This document shows, piece after piece, positions 1 through 53,249 of a stretch of DNA of 64,000 nt. Made by a program: the position numbers and the translations under genes. How positions within the stretch are numbered: the first letter of the stretch is position 1; every line of letters starts with the position of its first letter. The notes beneath the pieces are model-generated. The model made no database searches and had not been told where the DNA came from. It was given only the letters and a program-made list of their open reading frames with translations. The stretch is from Tubulanus polymorphus (Eukaryota; Animalia; Nemertea), in NCBI RefSeq assembly GCF_964204645.1, contig NC_134034.1:11048962-11112961 (forward strand), written 5' to 3'.

Positions 1-146
1 TATAACATCCGTCTCGAACAATTAATGAAGCACCCATGACCGATATTAACCCTTTCATAGCCGACTAATTAATACCCAAAAGTGCTGGTGATAATTTGAA
101 AATTTTTAAAAATTTCAAAATCCGGCCCCCAGCTCGTCCTCACTTA

Positions 147-2371
<2,225 letters not shown>

Positions 2372-2710
2372 CTTGGATCGGTGAATATCGGGACTCGAAG
2401 GGCGGCTCCGACCTTATCGATGGGTGAATGAACAATTTTAAGTATAAAGCTAGTAATTTCATCTTCTTTCTAATTCAAATAAACTACTTGACTTAAGCGC
2501 AGTGTAGTGAATCTGTAATCAAAAAATAGATCAATAAAATTAAATTGACAAGGTTGCGTAAAAAGTTACAGCGACGACGAAACAAACTATCACTTCCGGG
2601 TCGAGGGTTGACTTGGTTACCTATAAACAATAGATTTTTGACAGAGCAGAAACTGTTGACAGTCCTCGCGTATTTCAACTAGGAATAAGATTAAAGGGCG
2701 ATTTTCTAAA
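2372..2710. promoter_or_regulatory. Bidirectional promoter NMT / calaxin
   Basis: Divergent ATGs at 2371(-) and 2711(+). YY1-like CAAGATGGCGG overlaps the NMT start, ETS-like CACTTCCGG at 2591, RFX X-box-like GTTACCTATAAAC at 2616-2628 overlapping forkhead TAAACA. Confidence 0.7.
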
Positions 2711-5238
2711 ATGGCTGGTAGAAACCAGAAGAAAACGATCACTCAACTGTGTGAAAAAACCTACAAATCTACTCATTGTAAGTGTCAACAAACACCAAAA
2801 ATCTTTAAGTTTAAACATAGAAGTGAATGAAGGCGTCAACTCTTGTTGATTTTTTATCATCAATCAATTATTTTTATTCTGCAGTCTCGAAGCGTGAAGC
2901 CGAATCGTTGCTCAATATGTTCCAGTGTTACACGCAAGGTGACAAATTTTCAAACCAATCAATTTCTTCTGATTCTAAAGATCAAGGTGCGTCGTCTACT
3001 TGTTGGATCTGTCTCCAGTTCGAATTTACTTCAATCTGATCAGGTTTTCATGGTAACTAGTTCTACTTTCAGCTAAACTCATGGACAGAAATAAATTTCG
3101 TGACATTTTGAATTATACGTTTAAAATGACAGATGATATGTTGATGGACAGAGGTAAGGTATATTCCTCTGTCTACACGGCTAACCCCATAATTGAATCT
3201 GTTTTTGAATTTGATATTGTTTTATTTTCAGTATTCCGAGCATTTGATAAAGATAATGACAGTTATATAAGTATGACCGAATGGTTGGAAGGGCTGTCAA
3301 TTTTCCTACGCGGCAATTTATTGGAAAAGGCTCGCTGTAAGTTGAGTTCCATCTGCGAAGCCACGCCTGAGTGGGTTTGATTTGGTTCTAGGTCCAGTTC
3401 TACAGTAATTTGGGTTCTATTTTCCTACAGTTGTGTAGGTTTAATTTGACTATGAACCCAGTTCCACAGCTGTTTGGGTTTAATTTGACTCTAGACCCAG
3501 TTCCGCAGTTGTGTGGGTTTAATTTGACTCTGAATACAGTTCCACAGTTGTGTGGGTTTGATTTGACTAAACCCAGTTCCACAGTTGTGTGGGTTTAATT
3601 TGTCTCTACATCAAGTTCCACAGTTGTGTGGGTTTAATCTGAATCTGAACCCAGTTCCACAGTTGTGTGAGTTTAATTTGACCTTGGACCCAGTTCCACA
3701 GATTTACTCATATTTTGCATCGTTTTTTTTCTAGATTGTTTTAATGTTTACGATCTGAACAATGACGGATACATTTCACGCGAAGAAATGTTCCACATGT
3801 TGAAACACAGTCTCGTGAAGGTAAAATCAGAAATTGAAAACCCCAAAAAATTATATCCATTTCGACAGGATGTGAACTGCCATATATTATTTTTTTTTCG
3901 AATTTCTTTAGCAACCTACAGAGGAAGACCCAGATGAAGGAGTGAAAGATTTGGTGGAGATAACTTTGAAGAAAATGGTAAATGAAATTTAAGAATAATT
4001 CAATGTGCACTTGCTTTAGATCTACAGTAGACTTGTATTCTGAAAATGATTTTGAATATAGTTTCTGATCTACTGTGACTGAGTTGTGATAACTGATATT
4101 GATCTCAGTATTTCAGACTAAATGAACAAATCCTGCAGTTGATGATAAAACAGTTTAGGCTAAACAAAACTGATACCTTGTTTCTCTGCAGCGGCCGGGC
4201 CATTTTCGTAGAATATGATAAGATTTGTAAACAGTTTTCTATAGCGGGAGGGTCTGTTATGGTAAAATTGACCACGATTTAAAGAAAAGTAATGTATAGG
4301 GTAGATAGGCGGCCGGCCGGGTCAACTTTTAAGCTCAGCTGAGCGGAGAAACATTTTTTTAGCCTTATTCTGACAGTTTCGAAGTTTTGACTAATCTCAG
4401 AGAAACAAAGAAAAAAATGTTCTTTTTTTCATTTCTCCGATGAAAACTCGGTAACTTTTAAAATAAAATGTTGAATCATAAACTGTGTTGTTTGTTCAGT
4501 AAGCTGTCTACTGTATTTCTTGTTCTTGCAGTGGTAAATGGTGTTTGTTTGTCTATGAACTTTATCTGTCTATATGATTGGTAACTGAATTATTAATCAT
4601 TGATCTGATTTTCTGACAGGATTTGGATCACGACAGTCGGTTGTCGTATAAAGATTTCGAAGAGTCGGTGCGTCTTGAGGAATTGCTGCTCGAAGCGTTT
4701 GGCACATGTTTACCCGAAGAAAAGGTCAGTTATCATCATCGTTAGTTAACAAAAAATAATTAATCATTGATCGCTTAAGAAATTTAGTTAGTTAAGTTGG
4801 TTTCCTTAGAAATTCAATTAAAAAAAAGAAAAACCAGGTGTTAAACTTTTCGACTCAATTCTATGAAAGATTTTCCTTAGTAGGAGTAGTGACGTTTAGA
4901 CTCAATTGTATGAGACATTTTCAAAACTAAGAGAGTTGTGACGTTTAGACTCAATTGTACGAGACATTTTCAAAACCAAGATAGTAGTGACATTTAAACT
5001 CATTGAAATTCTTATGAACCATTTTCAAAAAATAGGAGTAGTGAAATTTCAATTCAAATTTATCAGCCCTTTTCAAAGCAAAAGTTTAAATAACTGGTAA
5101 TCAATGATGTCATAAGGGGATTGTAAGGAAGGGGATGTTTTCAGGTGGTACATTCGTCATCCTTTAAATGTAAGATTTCATTCTTTTTCTTTTCAGGCAA
5201 AGGAAGCTTTTGAAACATTAATTGAAAAGAATAAATAA
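2711..5238 (+). CDS. EFCAB1: Calaxin / EF-hand calcium-binding domain protein 1 (complete, 8 coding exons)
   Basis: Exons 2711-2777, 2885-2938, 3073-3153, 3232-3336, 3735-3820, 3912-3977, 4620-4724, 5197-5238 (TAA), GT-AG and phase-consistent. Motifs [80 protein letters not shown] are diagnostic of EFCAB1/calaxin. Confidence 0.96.
3385..3702. repeat. ~39-bp minisatellite (about 8 units) in calaxin intron 4
   Basis: cccagttccacagttgtgtgggtttaatttgact repeated; the unit matches the left terminus of the CCCAGTTCCACAG MITE family. Confidence 0.85.
4156..4366. mobile_element. MITE with GGCTAAA...TTTAGCC termini (Harbinger/Tourist-like)
   Basis: taggctaaacaaaa...tgtttctctgc versus gcggagaaacattttttttagcctta; a related right end lies at about 59245-59283. 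Confidence 0.55.
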
Positions 5239-6074
5239 TTGTCGGTACAATTTCTTATTTCGAGAAACCGAGATTTTTAACATAAATGAATAAATTCTAT
5301 CTAATTAAGGGATTAGTGTATCTTTTACTAAGTATGAAATGAATTGGTAAAAAAAGTCGACGTACATTTTCTTGACTGTTTATTTTGGACTAAATATTTG
5401 TGAAATCGCAGTAACTACTATAAGATCTCAACTAAGATAAAAAGATTCTGTTCACTGTTTGTCACTCTTATTCCGTCGCAGCCATCCTCCCATGGTTCAT
5501 GTATCGATTTCTGTTGTGTAATATATTTTGATCAATGGTGATTATTTGTAAATAAATTATTATACACTACAATAAGCCTTGCGTTAGTTCGATCTTTTAT
5601 AATCGAATTATATACTGACTATACATTGGGTGCATGACCCCCGGCGTCCCTCCAGGGCCCCCAGATCCGTCCGTGCTTAGATTATCCCCAGCTAATCTAG
5701 TCAGATTGAACCCGGGTCTTACTTTCATCGCGCTAAGTGAGCAGACGAAGTATGGACATTGGGTGGGGGGTTTAGGGTGCCCCTCGGGAAATTGACTGAA
5801 GAAGAACTCATCTCTGGGGCTTTAAAAAAGTTTTCTTTGCAGAAAGAAATTTTCCCGATATTTTGCAGGGCAGAATCGAATTCCAATCGGCATGTCAACA
5901 GTCCCCACTCTAAATCCGTACTTGGGTCGGATTTTTCACATCTAATCCACTTTACTTCAATGAAAGCGCCGGTACCTTACCGGCCCGCTCAAACCTGATA
6001 ATTCAGGATTAGTACCGCCTAGTGCTGCCATCTTGTTTGATAATAAAGTTTGAATTGAATTCGCTGGAACGAAC

Positions 6075-6250
6075 CCACCGACCAATCAGCGATCGCGTTA
6101 CAATTCGGGTTCGCCTGAAAACAAAATGGCCGTCGATTTTACGAGAAACTGAATTTATTTGCATTTTTCGATGTTTTTCCGTCAAATCGAACTCGGATAT
6201 ATTTACTATCAATACGGGTTTAGTTACGGATAGCTGCAGCGCACGTAAGT
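6075..6250 (+). promoter_or_regulatory. Putative distal promoter / non-coding first exon of the RhoGAP gene
   Basis: CCAAT at 6082, YY1-like AAAATGGC at 6123, strong donor CAC|GTAAGT at 6244/6245, acceptor TTACAG| at 7056. Inferred only. Confidence 0.45.
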
Positions 6251-7159
6251 GATTCAAATTCAGTCTTTTGAAGTCGATTAAAACTTGAAAAAAGAGATGT
6301 AAAGATGTTTATTTCGAGTAAATGTTTGAAACTGACGACGCCGACTTCGGCCGGGACGGGAGACTCCTCCGCTCCCTCATCCCGGCTCTACAAGATACAC
6401 GGCTCCGGTCCTGCAGGGCCGCGGGGGATCATGAAAAGTATCTTCAGCAGGCTCAGAAACGATTGATAGTGTCAAGGAAAAGGATGCATTTAGCTCTACG
6501 TCGTCCTTTCCGATAAAATAAACCTTGTCACTTGTGCCTGGTCTGGAGTAAGTGGGGCTAGACCTGTGCTGTCTTGCCGACTTATCTTATCTGTCAGTCG
6601 GGGGTGTCTACTGCAAACAAGTTTTTCAAGCGAATAGCTTCTTCAAGCCAAGGCTTTGGGTTTGGGGGCTAAAGACAATTTGAACATTTTTTAATGAACA
6701 TAGTAGCCGCTGTTCTGTACAAGACGGACGGTGGAGGATTTAGGGTTCTTCAGGAGTTCAGGTCGTCAGATTTCGGTTTCATCACAATAAAAAAAAAGTT
6801 AAAACTTGAATTTTATTTTAATCACTAAATTGGTAATGTTCGATTTCCGACGAGGACTAAAATTCAAACTTTGAAACTGATTTTAGCTGAAATTTTTTTG
6901 TAAAACTGAAGGTTCCAATATCAGCCGTAAAAAGAAATTTGTCAGTTTGCAATTTTGAGTTTATTGGTGAAAATATAGCCATGATTATTGATATTGCATG
7001 CTAAGTGAAATAAAAAAAAAACCTTTGTTAAAATGAGATTATCAATTTTATTACAGATTGCGTACAACGATGGATAATCGTCATTATCGGCCTAACAATC
7101 GTATCAAAGCCGGATTTAATTCAAAATCAATCATTTCAAAATAAATCGCAAAGTTTTCA

Positions 7160-45963
<38,804 letters not shown>

Positions 45964-47501
45964 TGTATGTATCTAGTAGTACTTAATTCTCTGATCGTGC
46001 TTATATCATAAATTTTTGTGTGTGCTACTCCTCCTCAATTGTAAAAACTGTCTTAAAACCCTCGCTGAACCGGGTCTATTTTGGCCTCAGGTATTACATT
46101 AGTGTCAGTTAAATTTCACTGTTCTATTCACAGTTGCTCGAAAGTTAGCCTTTGGCTGTCAAACACTGGTTAACTTTGTTAGTCTTTTGTGCAACTGGGG
46201 CTGGTTCCATAGTCAAGACTCAAGTCCAAAGTGGTTTTAGATCTCAAGACTGGTCTTAAGTTGTTAGATTAGTTATAGAACCAAAATGAGCTGAGGCTGG
46301 TCTTAAGTTGTTAGATTGATTGTAGAACTAAGATGAGCTTAGACTGGTCTCAAGTTGTTAGATTGGCTGTAGAAACAAAATAAGCTAGGACTGGTCTTAA
46401 GTCTGAGCCATGACTATGGAACCGGCCTGTGGTCCCAGTTTGACAGTACTGACTCGAGCAAAAGTGGCCAGTGATCTACTGTCAGTAGTTATCTCGAAAC
46501 TAGGGTTCATATACAGTTTTCATGTGTTTTTCGCCGCGAGGGCGCTGACTTTTAAATATCTGTGATTTTAATGATGATAAGGTTAGATAGATTGATATTA
46601 TTACGATGATGATGATTATGGATGTAAAAAAATAAAAAATACCAAATTGATGTTGTGTCAGTTGTAAGGTAGATTGAGAGAGAGAGAGAGGAATGAGTGA
46701 GACCGTGACTGATGTGTGTGCATGTCTATTGAGTGTAGGTCGGGACCCGGCTTCGCAATTCCCGCTTAGAATTTGACTCTACACTTAGAAAAAAAATATT
46801 AGAAATTAATTCAGTGGATAGTTGACATAGTGACGATGAAAACTTTATGTAACCATGGGAACCATGACTAGCATACGTCAGGAACGGCAGTCGCTGAAAA
46901 GTTGGTTATAGTTAACACCAGTGGATAGTTGACAAGTTCATCGTTGCTCTATGGTTATTTATCTTTAACCAACTTTTCAGCAACTGCAGCCCCTGCAGAT
47001 AGAATCAAACTTAACCGGGAACTTCGGAACCGGGTCCTGCGCTAGTAAAACTCGACGATGTAGAAGAAAAAAAACAAAAAATCAAATCGGATAAAATGTT
47101 TTTTATACGACCGCGATCAGCCTTTGACTTACTCCTCGATAATTATTAATATAATTATTAATATGAATATTAATATGATTATCGATTCAATGTGATGATG
47201 AACATTTTACATATTTCCCTCGGTTACCATGACTAGGATGACCGCGGCAGACGATATTTCGTCGATAACGCTGCTGCTGCTGAAAAGTTTCAAAAGATTT
47301 GAACGATTTTCTCTCGCGCCGTTCAAATTAATTCTTTTTATACCCACGCGGAAAAAACCTCATCAAACAAAACCACTTCGTCCACTTAATTTCATCGTCT
47401 GCTCGACGTATCCGTGGTAACCGTGGGTATCGTCGCGTACACGTCTGCTGGCATGGTAACTATGACGACGACGACAGACCAATCGGTTTTATCTGCTTTG
47501 G

Positions 47502-47502
<1 letters not shown>

Positions 47503-47557
<55 letters not shown>

Positions 47558-47566
47558 TATATATAT
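47503..47566. repeat. (TA)n microsatellite
   Basis: Directly visible. Confidence 0.95.
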
Positions 47567-48010
47567 TTATGTATGTATATACAGTGGCGTAATTTCATAG
47601 TAGATGATCCAGTATATACAAATAGATAGAAAATTGAAATATTACCAGTAGTGATTGTTAGGTTTATTGTCGATGGAGACAGGTACAGGGGCAGATCTCG
47701 GGTCAAATTTTGAAATTTGAAATTTGATCTCGTCACATCCTAAACGGGCGCTGTTTCCTAAATGAAAAAAGGAACTCCAAAAAAATGTTGAGTCCCGCGG
47801 ATCTGGCCCCGAGGTGCATACTGATTGTATAGAAACAAAGAATCGTTTGATGCAATTTTCGACTCGTAATTGAATGCAAGGAACATTGTTCTGATGGTTT
47901 TTAACTGCGGAAACCGAATTTGCAGTCGATCTAAGTCTCTGTTAAAGATTTGACTCTTAACGTTAATACATTGAAAATGTTAATTCAATTTTAAGTTAAA
48001 CTTAACTTAA

Positions 48011-48263
48011 AACCTTTCAGTGCTGACTGATTGATACTCAAAAGTGCTGGAGATAATTTGAAAATTTGAAAAATTCAACCCCAGTGTTTTGCATAACGGG
48101 CATACCGCTACAGTGTGTATAAGATTTCACTGTATTTGACAGGTGCTGCCATCTTTCAATGGAAAATAAAAACTAATTACATCAATACACTGCGATGCGG
48201 TGTGCTAGCAAAGTCCATCACCGATTTATACTCGGCACTGCGGTGTAGACGCGCTGAACGGGG
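48011..48263 (-). mobile_element. piggyBac-like MITE, diverged copy
   Basis: Reverse complement of the 288-bp element at 53619 and 58108, TTAA flanks; a partial copy also lies at about 47-122. Confidence 0.75.
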
Positions 48264-48964
48264 TTAAGTAACTCAGAACAGACGGTGCTATTGCATGAAC
48301 GCTAGGTTAGTCACAAACTGAAACGATTTATTTACAGTTTTGCCGTCGTCGTATTCTCAGGAACAAAAAAAAATTTTCGACGAAATTTTTATCAATCCTG
48401 CCATCGAATAAAATTAGCGGATAGAAAAACACAGTAGAGAGATTTTCGGTCAGTAAAATGGCGCTGAAGTCCGGGAATGATGTTGTTATACTCCTCGTGC
48501 TTGAGATGATGATTGCTATATTATTTTTATTTTAAGCCAATTTCGCTGCCAATGTTTGAATATTTTGTGTGCAATAACGATGATAATGATAATAATTCGA
48601 TATAGACCGCATTTCAAACTCTGTCTTCTTCGATCGAAACCGCGGGAAAAAATCGAAAACCGACGTCTCGCCGATAAAAACTGTTCTATCGTAAGAGCAG
48701 ACGGACTTCGAATAACAATGTAATTCGTTATTATCGTCACGGTTACGACGTATGATGTGATTTCCCGCATTCAAACATGAGATTAAATTCATATTATACG
48801 AATATATTATTGATTCATACTATTGATTATTGTATTTAATGAAGCTAATTGAAATATTTGTAATTAGAGTGAAATATGCGCGTATCTAATGAGATACTTA
48901 ACAGACGGCAGTGTACAGAATGGGTTATCGATTATATTAAGAGTCCTGATCCAAGTTTTCGTAG

Positions 48965-49740
48965 ATTTGAGGATTTACCCCTAGGGGTAACTTTGATACC
49001 CGGTCTATAAAACCAGGCCCATGTTGAGGATTTACCCCCAGTGGTAACTTTGATACCAAGTCTATAAAACCGGGCCCATGTTGAGAATTTACCCCTAGGG
49101 GTAACTTTGATACCAAGTCTATAAAACCGGGCCCATGTTGAGGATTTACCCCTAGGGGTAACTTTGATACCAAGTCTATAAAACCAGGCCCATGTTGAGG
49201 GTTTACCCCCAGTGGTAACTTTGATACCAAGTCTATAAAACCAGGCCCATGTTGAGGATTTACCCCTAGGGGTAACTTTGATACCAAGTCTATAAAACCA
49301 GCCCCATGTTGAGGATTTACCCCTAGGGGTAACTTTGATACCAAGTCTATAAAACCAGGCCCATGTTGAGGGTTTACCCCCAGTGGTAACTTTGATACCA
49401 AGTCTATAAAACCAGGCCCATGTTAAGGATTTACCCCTAGGGGTAACTTTGATACCAAGTCTATAAAACCAGGCCCATGTTGAGGGTTTACCCCCAGTGG
49501 TAACTTTGATACCAAGTCTATAAAACCAGGCCCATGTTGAGGATTTACCCCTAGGGGTAACTTCGATACCAAGTCTATAAAACCGGGCCCATGTTGAGGA
49601 TTTACCCCCAGTGGTAACTTTGATACCAAGACTATAAAACCAGGCCCATGTTGAGGGTTTACCCCCAGTGGTAACTTTGATACCAAGTCTATAAAACCAG
49701 GCCCATGTTGAGGATTTACCCCTAGGGGTAATTTTGATAA
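48965..49740. repeat. 57-bp minisatellite (~13 units)
   Basis: gaggatttacccctaggggtaactttgataccaagtctataaaaccaggcccatgtt; the 19-aa periodic ORFs are artefacts. Confidence 0.93.
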
Positions 49741-50805
49741 ACAGTCTATGCTCAGCGCAGGTAATGCCACAGTAACACCCTTCAGCGTGGGTATTGCGCA
49801 GTAACCCCCTTCAACGCAGGTATCCCATTAGATATTTGTGCATTTTAATGTTTTTTAAATTTAAAAAAAACTCATCACAAACGCAAACAATGTAAATACG
49901 ACCATCATCACCATCAATCATTCATTGTTGTTGTTGTTGTTTTTCGTGTAACTGACACCATTGTTAGCGAAGCAGACGTGCGTGGAATTTTTAACCCTTC
50001 GACGATTCGAATTCTTACGTCTGCCGTTCGTATGATTTTTCCACGATGAAAAAAACCTTGTAAATTTTGTAATTCAGAAAAATAACTCATTGGAATTTTA
50101 GCGCTTAATAAGATCCTTCACCTCGATGTAGAAAATAGCTGGCTATCTTCATAAAACTTGAACATTCTGAAATGCTTCAGATTAAGATTGTAATTCGGAT
50201 GTTCGAAGGCAGGTTTCGATTGAACTTATTCCGGTTCAGGAATAGCAATTCCCGATTACAAAAACTCTCTACCGGTCACTTCTATCAGGTTTACAGATTA
50301 CAAACTCTCTACCGGGGCCGCTTCTATCAGGTTTACAGATTATACTATTCCGGAATAGGTAGAGCGAATTCTGGTTGAAGGCACTTGCCAGAAGAGAATT
50401 CCAGAATCAGTACAGACCAATCAAAACCTGCCTAAGATAATTATTAGCTCTTCGTTTGATATGTTAACCCATGACCTATGAAAACCGTGAAATGCATTGT
50501 ATTAATTTCAACTTGAAATAGACAGAAAATATTTCGAGTCGGGATAATTTTCGGGATAAGATGGTTCTCTCTACTTCAGTCTGTCCCGACAATAGTTGTA
50601 TTTAAATGCTTTTAGTGTTAGCTCTCTGTAATTACGTGTTTTTAAAACAGGTAGTAATAATAATAATCCGTGTTAACCGATGAAAATTTGACTCAGAAAA
50701 CAAACGGACATATGCCACAATCGAAAAAATACCAAAAAGTTCATTCTCGTCGTTGTTGAAAAATGTGGAATTATAATTATATCGAAAAGTACAATATGTA
50801 TAACG

Positions 50806-50807
<2 letters not shown>

Positions 50808-50899
<92 letters not shown>

Positions 50900-50945
50900 A
50901 TAAAGTAATCTATTATTATTATTATTATTATAATTATTATTATAA
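50808..50945. repeat. (TA)n plus (TTA)n microsatellites
   Basis: Directly visible. Confidence 0.95.
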
Positions 50946-51784
50946 TGATGATTCATTATTATTTGTGTAAAATATGAAAAAATAAAAAAGCCGAATGTAG
51001 TAATATATTTAATCCTCAGAAATAGGCGAGTCGTGTTTTTTTTAAAAATTGGTTCTTTCCGTAGAAGTTCATCGTTCAGTTGGTTCACCTGGTGCCGTTG
51101 GTTATATTTCTATTCGTCCCTCTCTAATTGATGTATCTTTCGATGGGCCGAGATGATACATCAAATCCGAGTATGATGAATCTTCGTAAAACTTGACATG
51201 ACAACTTCTCTGTTGAGTTGAACAGAACTATGAAATATATTACTTGGGGTCTAAACCCCTTTGATAACCGATTAATTTGAATATTTCCATTTTTCGATGG
51301 ACCAAACTTATTTTAATTTCAAAAAAGCCTTCAGTGCACAGGGACTTGACACAAATGAATTTTTACCCTAGTATCCTAGGTACTATATATAAAAAGACTT
51401 TTTATATATAGTACCTAGGATACTGGGGTAAAAATCCTTTTTTGTCAAGTCCCTGTGCTTCAGTGCAAGATCATAAGACGTTTGAATAGTAGGCTTACAA
51501 ACACGCCATCTATCAGGTGAGGATTGTACTACAATAATGGGCCTACACAGCAGAGACCGTGCCGTGTCGTGGGATCCAACAAACACTTCCTCCAGGACCG
51601 GAAAGGCCAACAATATCTGAATGCTTTCGCTATTTGGTTTCAACTGCTCGAGTATGCGAATTATTTGAAGTCGTGGTTTTGGTTCACAAAATAGTGACAC
51701 ACTCATCGATTCCCAGAAACGTGTGGCCACGTGCGTTCTAAACGTCATCGGTAATCTTGTAAACAAATGTCGTCACTCACACCT

Positions 51785-51986
51785 CAAACCAGCCAATCAT
51801 AGATCAGGTAACATAGAACTGGCAGCCAATCACAGCAGACATTACGAGCACTCGGAATGAGCCAATCAAAGGTCGTCTTCTATAAATAGATCTGAACATG
51901 ACTGTCTATAAAATGAAGCGCTGAAAACATTTACAGTAAAAACACTACACTGTACTCATTCGAGACCGTCTAACCATCCGGTAGGT
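51785..51986 (+). promoter_or_regulatory. Putative M-Ras promoter and non-coding first exon
   Basis: Three AGCCAATC boxes (CCAAT at 51793, 51826, 51862), TATAAAT at 51881 and TATAAAA at 51907, donor CCG|GTAGGT at 51980/51981, acceptor CCGCAG| at 53206. Confidence 0.6.
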
Positions 51987-52763
51987 ATAATTAGCTCATT
52001 AACTAAGTCTTCTTAATTAGGTCGTTGATTAGTCAAAAATTAATTGTGTTTATTGAAGTAGACGGCTACGATTTAAAACGGACAGTGTGAGTGATCTAAA
52101 TAAATCTGCTTTCAGTTTCACTCAGCAAGCAGGTTACAAATTTAAATTACAACCAACCAAATTTTGGTAAATTATTGCAGTTGTTTTTAAAATCTTAGCT
52201 CTATATCGTTTAGAATCAGTAGTTGTGTGGTAAACTGGTCTAATTGAATGTTAGATTGGGAATCTAAATCTAAGGAATCAAATTTTTTAAGATAAAGCGA
52301 GTAAATATGAACCAAGAAATTAATTCAATTAAGCCTATTAGCTTATTAGGCCAAGCTTATTATAGGCTAAGAAGATGGCAAAGGAGTTGAAATTTGAATT
52401 TTTTTTGTGAAACACGCGCCTGGCTTTTGATGATAACCCTGAGAATGGCCGGTTCGTGGCGCTCATCATCATCATAGCGATGTACCGGTGACATAAACGT
52501 CCTCCAAAAAAATTTGAAAAAACTGATCATATCGAGAATCTATTGATTCTAAAACATGCGATGATATAATCTTGGTAAATAGTTAGCCGGAGGGCCCCCT
52601 CTAAATTGACCCCTGGGCCGGTTGCTGAAAAGTTGGTTAGAATTAACCAGTGGTTGATTAGCCTAGTAGAAATGGTCACTATTTAAAATTCATTGTTTCG
52701 ATGGTACGGTATAGGCCTATTTCTGCTGGTTATCTTAAACAAAGTTTTCAGCAACTGACCCCT

Positions 52764-53095
52764 CATCCTCCCCGGCAGGGATTCGAACCTGATGGCATCG
52801 AGATTGCCACGGCGCGAAACCCTGCCATAATCGACCGTGTGCGCAGATACATGCGCAGTTCAGATGATGTGATTTTTAGCCAATCAGAAATCCCGTTTTA
52901 TTTTATCCCGGGTTTTCCCATTTATAGTTCTTCCTTGAAATTTGCCTCAACGATTATACAACGAGCAATCTGATTGGTGCCGCCAGTTTTCGTTCGGAAA
53001 GCTGCGCATGTACCTGCACACTACTGATGCAGGGGTTCGTGCTGTGGCTGAGTGTAGCGATGCCATTAGGTTCGAGTCCCTGCAGAGGGAGGATG
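52764..53095. mobile_element. 332-bp palindromic non-autonomous DNA transposon with 9-bp TSD (Mutator-like)
   Basis: Ends CATCCTCCC...GGGAGGATG, TSD CTGACCCCT at 52755-52763 and 53096-53104, long imperfect inverted arms. Confidence 0.75.
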
Positions 53096-53249
53096 CTGAC
53101 CCCTGGACTTTAAGCTAATAGGCCTGAGAAAAGCGATTCATGAGTCCATGACAATCGTACATGATTTGAAAAAAAAATTAGCCTATCGAAATTTATTTTT
53201 CCGCAGCGTAGCTCTCACTCAGTCTCGACTAGCGGTGCAGTAGTAAGTG

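Noticed and set aside
5620-5800. GC-rich patch downstream of calaxin as a possible ncRNA
   Set aside because: Resembles a degraded MITE end (GGGCCCCCAGATCCGTCCGTG) with typical internal G/C runs; no coherent structure found.
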